Source of the DNA: Eledone cirrhosa
Taxonomy: Eukaryota
Reading direction: 5' to 3'
Length of the DNA: 64,000 bases
Assembly: GCA_964016885.1 (NCBI GenBank)
Contig: OZ024742.1
Span: 192,386,001-192,450,000 of the forward strand
Shown piece after piece: positions 1 to 14,213 of this stretch. Each line of letters begins with the position of its first letter. The first letter of the stretch is position 1. Under the pieces are notes generated by a model. The model saw only the letters and a program-made list of their open reading frames with translations, searched no databases and had not been told where the DNA came from. The position numbers and the translations under genes were made by a program.

Positions 1-968
<968 letters not shown>

Positions 969-972
<4 letters not shown>

Positions 973-1178
973 AACGAGTAGGACCACGACGGCTGAGCTC
1001 AAGCCGTCGAAACGGCTTGAGCTCAGCCGTCGGGGTCCTACTCGTTCCTATTACCCACTCTACTACCCTAAGTATTGTCGGGGTCCTACTCGTTCCTATT
1101 ACCCACTCTACTACCCTAAGTATTGAGTACTTTGGTGCGTTATGGTCCACCTGGTTCCTTACCACATTTCCTTCGTTA
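969..1178 (+). mobile_element. family A fold-back PLE mini-element
   Basis: Hairpin 969-1007/1012-1050, 48 bp tandem duplication, and a tail similar to 15020-15100; inside (TA)n. Confidence 0.85.
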
Positions 1179-1320
1179 TATATATATATATATGAATGTA
1201 TGTATAGTATATTTGGCAATATACCGTATGTGTAATTAAACAAATTTTGAAGACCTGGCGCTATCATTTTTAAAGCAGTGTCTATGTTAAATAGTTCATT
1301 GCTTTACATAGCTATATACA

Positions 1321-1512
1321 ATAAATGTAACCTGAGTTTTTCGAATATTAATAATAATATTTGATTCGTTTGCAATTATCTAAACAGCCTTTCTGAGCCA
1401 TGTCAGTAGTATGACCCCAACCATTCTTGTTCTTGTGTTGGCATATAAATTGTATAATTGCAAACGAATTGAATAATATTATTAATATTCGAAAAACTCA
1501 GATTACATTTAT
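1321..1512. mobile_element. MITE-like element, ~59 bp imperfect inverted repeats
   Basis: 1321-1379 pairs with 1454-1512. Confidence 0.6.
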
Positions 1513-1819
1513 ATGTTTACATATATAGAGACACACACATAATTATACGAACCTCCATGTGTATATAGAATGTATATTGAACCTCTATGTATATATAGAA
1601 TGCATATTGTTTTGATTCTCTTAATGCATGCGCTCGTGCACGCGTGCGTATGTATAAGCAGGGAGTGTGGGGGGGGGGGGGGGGGCAAAGAGAGTTAGAC
1701 AGACAGAAAGAAGAAAAGATATAGAAAGACATTCCCTTACACCCATCTTTTAAGTCGATGAGTCAGTAACCTGTCTTCTAATGAATTAATTCGATTCTCC
1801 AGAGGAAACTTTCAAAATA

Positions 1820-1983
1820 TAATTGTTTCTACTTTAGGCACAAGGCCAACAATTGCCCAGTGTATTACTGGTACTTCATTTTATCGACCCCGTAAGGATG
1901 AAAGGCAAAGTCAACCTCGGCGGGATTTGAACTCAGATCGTAAAGCATGGTGTCCGACTCTCTACCGATACTGCCAATCCACA
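1820..1983 (-). mobile_element. tRNA-derived SINE family 1
   Basis: B-box gagttcaaatccc, central tttgcctttcatccttacggggtcgataaa and (ATT) tail. Confidence 0.88.
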
Positions 1984-2043
1984 GCCTCAAAATAAAATGA
2001 AAATCTATGTGTATGCGTACACGCATGCAGACACACATACACA

Positions 2044-2094
<51 letters not shown>

Positions 2095-2583
2095 CTTTAC
2101 GTATATATATATATATAAATAAAAATATGTATACACTCACACACGCACACACTCTCTTTTTCTCTCTCCCTCTCCCTCACACAGACACACGCACACACAT
2201 ACACACATACACACACACACACATACACACACACACATATATATATATATATATTTGATCTGATACAAATTTAAATTTAGAAATTTTTTACGAATTCAAA
2301 TTTAGCTTGAGGGATAATCTTGGATTGAAAAGAGGATATATAATTTTTGTACAATGCATGTATACTAAACTCTAGATGTGATATCTATGTGAAGGAATTC
2401 CCTAAAATAAGAATCCCTATATATATAAAGGCACACAGACGCATTACACACACACGCACGCACATATGTAAGTGTGTATATATATATATATGTGTGTGTG
2501 TGTGCACGTGTAAACACCTACATGCTGAAATAATGTAAATATGTTTTTGGTGGTTATGTTATATTTTGTTTTATACTTATATA

Positions 2584-2621
<38 letters not shown>

Positions 2622-2739
2622 CACACTTTGTAGTAGTAGCAGTAGTAGTTGTAATTGTAGTTGTAGTTGTAGTTGGAGCATCAAACTTTCGCGAAATGAC
2701 TAATCGTGTGTCATCATGATTGAGGTGTCACATATGCAA

Positions 2740-2774
<35 letters not shown>

Positions 2775-2779
2775 TATCC

Positions 2780-2834
<55 letters not shown>

Positions 2835-3216
2835 AACACACACTTATATCTAACTATACTACATGCTCCTCGTATGAGAGAGAGAGAGAGGGGGCAGCTG
2901 GCGAGAGAAGGGTCAGCTAGAATATACATCGTAGTTTTAGTCTTCAAATGTAATTCCATTCATATCAAGTTGGCTTTGCGCTGTAGCTTAAATCTCAATT
3001 ACTTTTATAACGACAGGTGATCTCAGCGTTTTCCATTCATCTGATGTCTTCTTTTACATATACTATCCAACTTTCAATTTAATGAGGATTTGGACACATT
3101 AATCTATTTAATAAATAAATTTCGCAAATCAAAAATATATTATATGATGGAATAACTATAGATCTCATGTGACAAGACTCTCTTGTAAATCGTAAATGAA
3201 TATGAAAACATGTTAT

Positions 3217-3575
3217 AGTATCGGTAGAGGGTCGGCCGCCATGCTGTCCAGCATAGAGTTACGTCCCTTTTTTAGGACTGAGTTCAAATCCCACCGAGTT
3301 TAACTTTGTCTTTCATCCTTACGGGGTCGATAAAATAAATTGCCAGTAATTTACTGGGTAATTGCTGGCCTTGTGCCAAAAGTAGAAGCAATTATTCTCT
3401 TGGTATTCAGAAGAAAATATAAAATAGAAGCACGTGTAACCCACCGAGGTTAACTTTGCCTTTCATCCTTACAGGGTCGATAAAATAAAGTACCAGTCAC
3501 TCACTTGGGTCGATTCAATCGATGTTCCCCCTCTCCCAAACTTGCTAGCCTTTTTCTCTAAATCATGCACCATTG
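3217..3575 (+). mobile_element. SINE family 1, one full and one partial copy
   Basis: Same consensus as 1820-1983. Confidence 0.85.
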
Positions 3576-3932
3576 ATGGATATGATCTATTGAATCTCGT
3601 TGCTTCTGTGCTACAGCATGTCAGCAGTCTACTGCGTGAAGAATATTAAATGAAAAAATGAATAGCAAAAAAGCGTTAAAGTTGGTTATAAGAGGTATCG
3701 TTTTAGCAATTAGAATTTGTCATGACTATAAAATATAAATTGTTATCAATTTTTAATAATGCCAACTTCAAATGAATATATATCATAATAAATAAATAAA
3801 GATATAAAGAAGGAAATATAGAAATTACTTTGCAAATTGGGTCACGATATTATTTTTAATAATTCAGGTGGTGTTTCTTTTGATAAATACAGGAAAAAAA
3901 GGAAATTGAACACGAAGAAGATAAATGTATTT

Positions 3933-4013
<81 letters not shown>

Positions 4014-4052
4014 AAAATACATTATATATATATATACATTATATATATATAC

Positions 4053-4127
<75 letters not shown>

Positions 4128-4189
4128 ATGTATATATACATATATATATGTATATATATATATATTTATTATATATATATATATTTATT

Positions 4190-4221
<32 letters not shown>

Positions 4222-4711
4222 TTATATATGTATATAAATAAATATATATATATATACATATACATATATTTATATATGTATATAAATAAATAAAAATATA
4301 TATATTGAATGCAGATATAATGAGTGTGTATATGTGTGTGATATGTATAATCTTAATAATAATAAAAATAATAATGAATAAATTAATAAGTGAACAAATA
4401 TAATACAATAAAAAATATAATAATATTATCTGATCCCCTTTTGGTTAACCAAAGGCACATCAGATGGATTTATATATTTTAATCTTTGGCAAAAGAAATT
4501 CTGTATTTAAAAGATTATTTAATTTTTCGTAAATCCGATTTTCTAAAATGTCTATAGAAGTAAATACAATGGAAATATGTTTGGTAAATCTTTATACAGT
4601 TCCAGAAATAACTAAACATGCAAAAGCTACTAAAACTTTAAGTAAAGTATAAGTGAAAAGCGAAAATATCTGTCGCTCAGAGAAGGGATTCGTTGAAACC
4701 GGGGCATAATG

Positions 4712-4755
<44 letters not shown>

Positions 4756-4986
4756 AATGAAATGGATTTCTTTGAATTATCGGTATTGAAATACTTAATA
4801 TTTTAAACACTTTACATGTATCCATAAACATACATAGACATACTTGTATGTATGTATGTACGCATATATGTAGCAATGTATGCATTTATGTACTGTTACA
4901 CACACACATAAGGAAAAGCAACACCGATCTATACAATGGAATGATGATATTTTAGTTCATATAGCTGAAATATATTCATTATTGCA

Positions 4987-5210
4987 TAGTAATGCACTGG
5001 GTAATTGCTGGCCTTGTGCCAAACGTAGAAACAATTATTGCATAGGGTCGGACGCCATGCTTTGACGCATAGAGTTACGCCCCTTGCCATTCTGAGTTCA
5101 AATCCCGCCGAGGTTAACTTTGCCTTTCATCCTTACGGGGTCGATAAAATAAAGTACCAGTAATGCACTGGGTAATTGCTGGCCTTGTGCCAAAAGTAGA
5201 AACAATTATT
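4987..5210 (+). mobile_element. SINE family 1 preceded by a duplicated 3' end
   Basis: Same consensus. Confidence 0.85.
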
Positions 5211-6232
5211 GCATTGTATAGATTTCGCTTGATATAGCTGAAATATATTAGATTCTGATCTGGGGGTCGTTGCAGTCTTCATGTAAGAAATCATTGTTAA
5301 AAAACAGATTATTGTTGTAGAAATATGAATTAATCTCTGTTACTCTCTCTTGTAACCATGTCAATAAATCTGTTACTCTCTTCCTTTCTCTGCTTCTCAA
5401 TGTCATCGGGTTCTATACTCTATATTTTCCCACCGCCATAGTAGTTTTTATTTGTCCTTCTCATTCCTAATATATACACATTGCCTAGTCTTTATGGTGT
5501 TAAACTTTCTGTCAGAATATCGCTGGTTCGATTGCTTGACTAGAAGGCGCTTCGCGTTCTTGCGCAGAATACTTTATTTCACGTTGTCCAGTACACATAT
5601 CTAAAAAAATGACTTCCAGCAGTAGCTGGGATTTAATCCTGGATGTACTGGTGCCCTGTCCAAGAGGTGTCGTGTTTTCTCAATCACTTCAGGCTAACGA
5701 AAAATGAAACCAGGGAAAAACACCGACCTAATGAGCCTGATGGCTTGTGACACACTTTGACTTTGTTATCACGTATTTATATCTCTATAAAGAGAGTAAA
5801 TAGATTAATGAGACTGCGAAAATGTGAATATAAATTGATAAGTACATACCTTCGTGTAAACTAAAAAATAAAAAATTGATAAATATCTTGAATCAATATT
5901 TCGCACTTTTCCTAGTTCTCAGAATAAGTATGATCATCTAAACAGGTACTGGGAGATACGTAATTTGAGGGGCTTATATTCCATATCATTTATTGTAGTG
6001 TTCTGAAATGGATGTGGCAGTTTGCCTATTATTAGCTCTCTTATTTGTGGATTTCATGTTAACATACTCAATGTTGAAATCTATCTACCTATTTACTTAG
6101 TCTTTATTATCTATATACTGTATATATATACATTTATATGATTTTACCATATACATTGAATGTCTAGAACACAATCTAATATGTATCTATATATAATTCT
6201 ATAATATCATGTGTATTATTGTTTAATTGCAG

Positions 6233-6325
6233 TATGAATTCAAAGCAAAAGCAATCAAGAAGAAAAAAGTTAATATAACAGTTTCGGTGGACGGCGTCAA
6301 AGTCCTCTTAAGGAAAAAGAAAAAG
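6233..6325 (+). CDS. NOS1AP: NOS1AP/CAPON-like PTB adaptor, internal exon ([31 protein letters not shown])
   Basis: ttgcag acceptor and AAG|gtaac donor; 93 nt, phase 0/0. The peptide closely matches the CAPON PTB segment [31 protein letters not shown] as recalled. Confidence 0.93.
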
Positions 6326-6508
6326 GTAACCATTTTACTTTCTCTCTCTATATATATATATATATATAAATACATATTATCCTTAGGTAGTCTCCATTTC
6401 AGGCCGCTAAACCTGGTGAAATACCAGCGACCTGTCCCGAGAGGTGTGCGATAGAAAGCCAAAGATTGCGTATTTCAAGAACACCAACGGGGTTCGGAAG
6501 GGAGCAAA

Positions 6509-6557
<49 letters not shown>

Positions 6558-6560
<3 letters not shown>

Positions 6561-6737
6561 TTATTGTATAGAAGGAGCTTCTTCAGGACTAGTACTGTTT
6601 CATTAAGATGAAATCTTCACTGAATGAAACAGTACTAATCCTGTAGAAGCTCCTTCTATACAATAAATATATTTTACTCTGCCATGTATTGAGTACCTTA
6701 CTTACTGTGGTTATCCCCGACTCAACCCGGGACCTAC

Positions 6738-6740
<3 letters not shown>
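6558..6740 (+). mobile_element. family B fold-back HHR mini-element
   Basis: Arms ~6559-6604/6623-6668; tail gtattgagtaccttacttactgtggttatcccc...gggacctacg; inside (TA)n. Confidence 0.8.
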
Positions 6741-6787
<47 letters not shown>

Positions 6788-6789
<2 letters not shown>

Positions 6790-7037
6790 TAGCAAAAGAG
6801 CCCGTCTTTGCCGGGCACACCTTTCGCCTCTGTAAATAAAACCCCCTCTCTGCTCAACATGTCCGTTTTTAATTAGCCCCAGAACTCTGTCATTTTAGCA
6901 GAGAGAAAGATTTCAACTATATGTTGACATGATCCAGGAGCTAAATAACCTATGTATCAAATTTGAACCAAATAGAATGGAAACTGTGGAAAAAATGCAT
7001 CGCTGCATACAGACAGACACAACATTTCCATTCATAT

Positions 7038-7045
<8 letters not shown>
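6788..7045 (+). mobile_element. putative Helitron/Helentron-like non-autonomous element
   Basis: Starts tACTAG followed by a cccg/cggg hairpin and ends in a TA tract; assigned by structure only. Confidence 0.4.
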
Positions 7046-7091
<46 letters not shown>

Positions 7092-7093
<2 letters not shown>

Positions 7094-7860
7094 GGAAAAA
7101 ATGAAACGAAATTTCATTTCTCACTCTTAGTACGGCTGTTACTTAAATATAAGTATGTATAGGTACATACATATATGTATACAGACGTACAGTAGTATGT
7201 ATATATATATATATACATACATACACACATATATATATGTACGTATGGATTCACCGAACATTTATTATAATGCTCGGTGTGTTTGTAAACAAACATCCCG
7301 AATTAAGCCGTACAGTGTCTAGTAACCATCGTTGCTCATTTGTTCAACACTGACAAATAATACTGCATGTATGTATATATATATATACATACTACTGTAC
7401 GTCTGTATACATATATGTATGTACCTATACATACTTATATTTAAGTAACAGCCGTACTAAGAGTGAGAAATTAAATTTCGTTTCATTTTTTCCGTTTATC
7501 GTTTTCGGTACCCCGGCCGATTAACTCACTCGATATGCAAATTAGGCTGCTCAGCCGTTAATATGTATAAGGAAAGTATATACTTTCAGACTTTCCACCA
7601 TCTGGCAGGAAGGTATACGTTGCTGATGATAGCTAATAAGCTTGAAACTAGTACAACGTTCCTTTGTCAGTGCTGAACAAATGAGCAACGATGGTTGCTA
7701 GACACTGTACGGCTTAATTCGGGATGTTTGTTTACAAACACACCGAGCATTATAATAAATGTGCGGTGTATCCATACGTACATATATATATGTGTGCATG
7801 TATGTATATATATATATACATACTACTGTACGTCTGTATATCTATATGTATGTACGTATA
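7092..7860 (+). mobile_element. non-autonomous HHR element: ~430 bp unit in partial tandem plus inverted segment
   Basis: 7092-7222 is the reverse complement of 7366-7496; ~7170-7355 is the reverse complement of ~7666-7850; 7366-7410 repeats at ~7798-7840. Confidence 0.75.
7617..7659 (+). ncRNA. type I hammerhead ribozyme (minimal, PLE-type)
   Basis: acgttg-CTGATGA-t agct aata agct t-GAAA-cta-GTA^caacgt: 6 bp stem I and palindromic stem III ACTAGT. Confidence 0.85.
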
Positions 7861-7861
7861 C

Positions 7862-7896
<35 letters not shown>

Positions 7897-7899
7897 AAT

Positions 7900-7950
7900 G
7901 GCTTCTACAGAACTAGAACTGTTTCATTCGGGAGAAATCATCAGGAAGCC
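7900..7950 (-). ncRNA. type I hammerhead ribozyme (family B)
   Basis: ggcttc-CTGATGA-t ttc tccc gaa t-GAAA-cag ttctagtt ct-GTA^gaagcc. Confidence 0.82.
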
Positions 7951-8792
7951 CTGTTTAAGAGGGACACAGTAAGTGCTAAAAGATAAGTTTATTCTGGGTT
8001 CAATCGTGGGTAACCACAGTAAGTAATGTAATCTACCCCCTCGTTCACCTTTCGTATGGAAGACCGAGCTTACTCATGGCCGCTGACAACAGGGTTGATT
8101 CCGCCACAGCTGTCCAGCAGGAGACCCACTCGGCTTGCTCCTATTCGCACTGACAGTCGACCACGTAGACCGGTCGGTCTGGTCACACCTCAACGTCGTC
8201 ACTGGCCATTGTCTGCGGGAATGCTTTTGCGGTCTTGTCTGCGGGGAACAGCACTTCTACCAGCTTGCGCTAGGCCCAAAGCCCAATCACCACCTTTCCT
8301 TCGCTTCTGCGACACCAGAGTTCTTGTCATCCCCTCCTTTCCCGTTCCTTTTTCCCATTTCTTTTCCTCTTTTTTCTCTATATTTCCTTATTCCTTTTTT
8401 TTCTTTTGTTTCCTCTTCTTTTTATATTATTGCCGTTATTATACTTGTCATTATTAATGTGACAAATTGAGACACAATTAATGGAAGTGACGTGTTTAGA
8501 CAGAGTTGACAGTATTAGACAGATGGGACGTTGTTAAACAGAAGCGGAGAGATGCAGCCTAGTTAGAAAGATATAACATGGTTGGACAGAGATGGCAAAG
8601 TTGGGCAAAAGTTATGTAATTAGATAGATGTGACGTATTAGACAGAAGTGGGGTAGTGAGACAATGTTGATAGCTTTCTTCTTTTTAGAAAATTTATCAA
8701 GTTTGTTGGCACATTCGACGTGTAGATAAATAAATAAATAGATAGATCGATCGATAAAGGGATAGATACATGCAAGCAAACATACATACATG

Positions 8793-9090
8793 CATGATGG
8801 CTGCCCCTTCGTTATCGAGTATGGCCATTGCACGATATAACGTTATTAATAATGCTATCGTGCAATGCCTGTGCGTGAAGATTTTTTTTTTAAGTGAGAA
8901 AAGACTGAGCCAATCCTCTGAACGACAGTAGCTATAACCCGAAAAGAAAAAAAGATCAACATCATCGGCAACTACTGAGCCGCAGGTTTTATCCCAGTTG
9001 CCTTCTCCTAAAAGAATACCCTGACAAAGGCTAGGGGTCCTTCACTCCCAGTGGTTTAACCGCGCGATCGGGTATCCAGCCCGCTTATTT
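8793..9090 (-). mobile_element. diverged relative of the 21444-22052 element
   Basis: Shares atgatggctgcc..tcgagta.ggcca, gcaatgcctgtg, ccttctccta and tgacaaaggcta. Confidence 0.55.
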
Positions 9091-9177
9091 CTATGCACGT
9101 ACGCACACTCACACATATTGATACAAACGCATGTGTATACATACATACATACATACATACATACATACATACATACA

Positions 9178-9208
<31 letters not shown>

Positions 9209-9687
9209 CTCACACTCTAATTAGCTATCTTTCTATTTACTTCTCCCTTTGTATTTGTCCCCTTCTTGTGTGCCCCTGTGGCTAATAAAGAAACATATCT
9301 ATTTACTTATCTACCGAACTGTCTATCTATCTATCTATCTATCTGTCTGTCCGACTGTCTATCTATAGCTATCTATTTATGCATAGTTACTCATATATAT
9401 ATCGTAGAACAAGAAAATCAAAAACAAAGCAGGAATCTCTATACCAATCCGAAGACAGTTAGATTGAAACATTGGGAGAGGAATCTGTCTTAAATTAGAA
9501 AAGGGTTAAAGACAAAATAGAAAAAAATCATTGTAATTAATTTTAATGAAATGAAATTGAATTTGGTGATGTCAATAATGGAAACAGTGTAAAGGTCAAG
9601 GACAACCCGAGGACGAAGCAACATTACATAGAATGTTGTTATCAGGGGTCATTAAATTTAACATCTCTGTCCAACCATGTTATAAGA

Positions 9688-9875
9688 GTGGTGGCTTGGC
9701 AGTATCGGTAGAGGGTCGGACGCCATGCTTTCCAGCATAGTTACGTCCCTTTGCGGTCTGAGTTCAAATCCCACCGAGGTTAACTTTGCCTTTCATCCTT
9801 ACGGGGTCGATAAAATAAAGTACCAGTAATGCACTGGGTAATTGATGGCCTTGTGCCTAAAGTAGAAACAATTAA
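9688..9875 (+). mobile_element. SINE family 1
   Basis: Same consensus. Confidence 0.88.
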
Positions 9876-10898
9876 ATTTAACATTTTATTTTACTATATA
9901 CACTGCCATTTATATATATTTCTTCATTGTACTGTGTCGTTTGGTTTGTTATTTCTGTTTGCCTTTTGCATATATATATAAATATACATACACACACACA
10001 TATATATATATATATTATATATATATATATATATGTGAGTGTGTGTGTTTGCATTATTCTTTTTCTCAGATACAAATTTCTGGACAGTTTTATCTATATC
10101 GATATTTTGACAAGATTTGCAGTTTTTGGGGAAGTGCTTATAAAGTTAACGAGTAACCACGCTTGCATTCGTGATAATAGCAATTTCTTAACATCATTTT
10201 ATGTTTGTTTTGTTGCTGTTACTTTTTCACATTTTGGGGTCTATTATGAGTGTTTTTGACAATGTAAACCTCTAGGGAGGTCATTTCTTTCATCGATTAG
10301 AAATGTATTAATAGGTATGCCAAAACTGATAGTTTTGACAGTTTTTGAAATACTTATTGGCATCGATAAGTGTGTGTGATTATATTTAGACTTTAGTTGT
10401 TAACAGAATTTAAACTATGGCTGTCATTCGCAAACTAGAATGGCTTGGTATTAGCACGTACCATGATTTTGTTTTATTTTTCTGTTTTATTTTAATTGGT
10501 TTTACTTGCCCATATTGTTATGAGCTAATTCAGACTCTCTCCCTGAGGCTTTCCATTCTTGATAATGTAGAATATTCGGGATTTGATAATTAGACATGGA
10601 TGAAAGGCGCACAAGAACGGATCTAGTACCTTATTTATTGATCCAAAAATTATGAAAGGTTAACCTCCCCGCCAAAGGATTTCAACTCAGAAGGAAACGT
10701 AGGTTTTAAAACAATTTTTAAACCGACACAAACACACTCTCTGGTATGCCACCATTTACTCGTCGAAAGATCCAGAATATAACAGCTAGAAGTGTTAGCT
10801 TTATCAACCTCGGAATGGAACTTTAATTATCGACCATGAAACAATAAACAGCACAAAATAAGATTTGAAATATTTTTTTACTCTAGCTTCCTCGATAT

Positions 10899-11187
10899 CA
10901 GTCATGGGCAACCTGCGGCCCGCGATGCTTTCTGAGAGGCTCACCTGAGTCACTTAACTGAAATCTTTCTGATTTTTTTACCTCAGCTTTTCAGTCGTAA
11001 TTTATCTTTCTATCATTTTTACGATCAAGGAAAACAATGTGTACGAATTCTTAAGAAACAAATCAAAACAACCTGAGTTGCCGCCCTTTTTTAATGTGGG
11101 CACGAATGTAAATTAGCGCTTGCGGCGCGCCCGATGATGAGCCATATCTCATGCGGCCAGCTTCTCGAAAAAGGTTGCCCATGCCTG
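10899..11187. mobile_element. hAT-type MITE
   Basis: TIRs cagtcatgggcaacct/aggttgcccatgcctg; 8 bp TSD-like flanks ctcgatat/ctctatat. Confidence 0.85.
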
Positions 11188-11597
11188 CTCTATATCCTTC
11201 AACCTTCGAATTCATAAGTGTAAAATAATCATCATACATACACTCAATAATTTTATCTACTTCAAGCAAACTACGAAAGAAAGCAGGAAAGCGTCAGAAT
11301 ACAACCACTACGTATCATATTTTCAATTATAATGTTCAGCTCTATACAATATATAACTAAATTGGCAGATTAGGAGCAGTCGTTTTGGCGCAGCCCAATT
11401 GGCCTGGCCATTTGAATGTCAGATAAATTTTGGCGGTGGTCTTTTTGATGAAAGCAGACACGACCAAATACAAACAAAGAAACTAACGAATTCAGAAAGA
11501 AGGAGAAACATTAAAAAGTTTTACCAGAGAAATACACACAAATACAGCGAGAAGATATGAAACAGTTAAATATATCTGAGAGGGAGGGAGAGAAAAT

Positions 11598-11732
11598 TGA
11601 GTAGTAGTAGTAGGAAGAGGAGGAGTAGAAGTAGGAGTAGGAGGAGTAGTAGTAGTAGTTGTTGTTGTTGTAGGAGGAGGAGCAGTAGTGGTAATAGTAG
11701 TAGTAGTAGTTGCTGTTGTTGTAGTAGCGGCG

Positions 11733-11764
<32 letters not shown>

Positions 11765-11776
11765 TGTAGTAGTAGC

Positions 11777-11820
<44 letters not shown>

Positions 11821-11822
11821 CA
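11598..11822. repeat. (AGT/AGC/AGG)n trinucleotide repeat
   Basis: Seen directly in the sequence. Confidence 0.95.
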
Positions 11823-12053
11823 ATAGCAGAGGATAAAAATAAAATTTCCTCGTCAAAATATCCGGGGCCGGCCAAATAGGCTTTGTGCCGAATGGGCAGC
11901 GCCAAAGCAAGGCACCAAATAGTACATAACCTAGTTCTTTTTTCCATAGCTTTCTCTGTACAATTTCAAAACGTGTCATCGTACACTTGTCTTTCCTGCG
12001 GTCATTATAATATGCTGACCTTGTGCCTAAATCAGAAATTATTATTAAAAAGA

Positions 12054-12477
12054 GGGCGGTGGATTGTCAGTATCGGTAGAGCGTCGAGCGCCAGCCATAT
12101 TTTGCAGCAAAGAGTTACGGCCCTTTATGATCTGAGTTCAAATCCCACTGAGGTTAACTTTGCCTTTCATCCTTACGGGGTCGATAAAATAAAGTATCAG
12201 TCACACACTGGGGTTGATTTAATCGACTTTCCCCTCCTCAAAATGGCTAGCCTTGAGCTTTCATAAGAAACCATTATAATATATATGGTGTGGATTGGCA
12301 ATATCGGTAGAGGGTCAGACGCCATAGTTTGCAGCATAGAGTTACGGTGCTTCACGATGTGAGTTCAAATCCTTCTACGGTTAACTTTGACTTTAAACCT
12401 TACGGGGTCGATAAATAAAGCACTAGTAATGCACTGGGGTAATTGCTGGCCTTGTGCAAAAAGTAGAGACAATTATA
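12054..12477 (+). mobile_element. two tandem SINE family 1 copies
   Basis: Copies at ~12054-12278 and ~12287-12477. Confidence 0.86.
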
Positions 12478-12679
12478 GTACACAACTAAATTAATATGTT
12501 TAAGAAGAGTTTTGCTATTTGATTTTATACGTCAGATCACAAAATAAAGTCATTGAGAGCAAAGAACTGAGGTGTACAATGAATAAACATTCATCTTGAT
12601 ACTCTCGCACATACATCAACAGAGAGAGGGGAGAGAGAGAGAGTGAGAGAGAGAGAGATAACTGTATTATATATAGAAA

Positions 12680-12850
12680 TGACTTCTATAATTCCTTTGA
12701 AATCATCGGTAAAATGATTTCATACGAATGAAAGCGTGTTAGACTTGTAGAAATCAGTTCTACATAAGATAAAGATGCCTATACTCTACCAATGTATTGA
12801 TTACCTTTTTAAAATGTGGTTAACCCCCTACACAACTCGGGAATCTATAC
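12680..12850 (+). mobile_element. degenerate family B mini-element
   Basis: Diverged HHR 3' half and tail (tatactctaccaatgtattga...acaactcgggaatcta). Confidence 0.6.
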
Positions 12851-13268
12851 ACTCACACACACACACACACACATGTATATATTATATATATATATATAGG
12901 AAAAAGTATGACCCCGATGGCAGAGCTCTAGCCGTTTCGACGGTTATTTCTGGACTAAATTAGAATTTTTAGCCTGGTGAATAAATAGCCGAACTTGTCA
13001 AGGGGGTACTTCCTTATATGGGAAGATTGTAGTTGTCAAGAGGATTGGTTAAAATTTGTTGTAAACACAAATAAGTCTATCATGGCATTTGGTGGGCGGT
13101 AGGGGTGGCTGAACTTGCCTGTAGAGCAATAGGGGAGTGAGTGGAGCGGTCAAGCGTTGAAAGTGATATGTATACAGCAGATTCTAAGGATAGTGTATGA
13201 AGAGGAGGAGGGAGGTTATAGAATAGGTAAATCGAATGAGAGTAGGAGACAATAAAAGATAATAGAAT

Positions 13269-14213
13269 CTGTACTACCCATACAGGAAACCAAACGACAA
13301 CCTGCACTACATCCACCGCCACTCTAACCATCTTAGAAACATCACCAATAACCTGGTTAAAAACATCTCCCTCCGCATATCTTGTTTGTCCGCTAATGAG
13401 CAGATATTCGACGAACACGCGCTTCATTACAACCTGACCCTCAAGCAGAGTGGCTTCCGGAAGGAAATATCCTTTTATACAGCTTCCCTTAGTGGAACCA
13501 GCAGGCGACACCGCCGCTCACGCAACGTAACGTGGTTCAATCCTCCCCATAATGCCGAAGTGGCAACACCTATCGGGAAAATCTTCTTTAGACTCCTCGA
13601 AAAACACATCCCACTACAACACCGCAACCACAACATAATCAACAAAAACTCCATCAAACTCTCCTACAGCACCACACCTAACTTCGCACAAAATATCGTC
13701 TCCTCAAACAACAAAAAACTCAACCCCTATGGAAGAAATATCCTAGACATCAGTGGAGAGCCGACCAGGAGGTGTAACTGCCCTGAAAGATCTACGTACC
13801 CCCTCAACAACAAATGCCGAGAACGTAACTTGATCTACCAGTGTAACGTGAGGACGGACACCTCCAACAAAGCTTATATAGGATTAACCGCGTGTGACTT
13901 CAAGACCCGGCTCTACCAACACCGACATACTTTCCGAAACCCGCTCCGGCGACATGCCACTACACTTTCGGGCCACATCTCGGACCTCCAAGATAATAAT
14001 ATAACCTACAATCTCACTTGGAGCTTACTGTCCAGAGCTAACTCTTACACGAGAGGACGCCGTCCGTGTAACTTATGCTCGGAGGAAACATTACAAATGC
14101 TTTTTTCGAAGGACCATCTCCTAAACAAAAAAGACGAACTGGGAACCGCATGCAAACACAGATTGCGTAGGACTTACTTCGCCCTCAAACCCCATAACAA
14201 CCCGGGTGGGTAG
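13269..14213 (+). pseudogene. PLE ORF 3' part: RT thumb, Cys-rich linker, GIY-YIG endonuclease
   Basis: Open frame YYPYRKPNDNLHYIHRHSNH...RNVTWFNPP...CNCPERSTYPLNNKC...LIYQC...AYIGLT...FKTRLYQH...CNLCSEE...CKHR. No start codon; cut off by the inversion. Confidence 0.88.

Noticed and set aside
8030-8330. GC-rich island with ORFs 8056 and 8135
   Set aside because: No recognisable domain or compatible splice sites; probably transposon-derived, left unassigned.
11492-11979. Poly-T/L/S/V ORFs
   Set aside because: Trinucleotide microsatellite with no splice or homology support.
13269-14213. Selenocysteine-type in-frame TGA, as reported for some Naiad PLEs
   Set aside because: The frame has no internal TGA, and the retained Cys residues use ordinary Cys codons.
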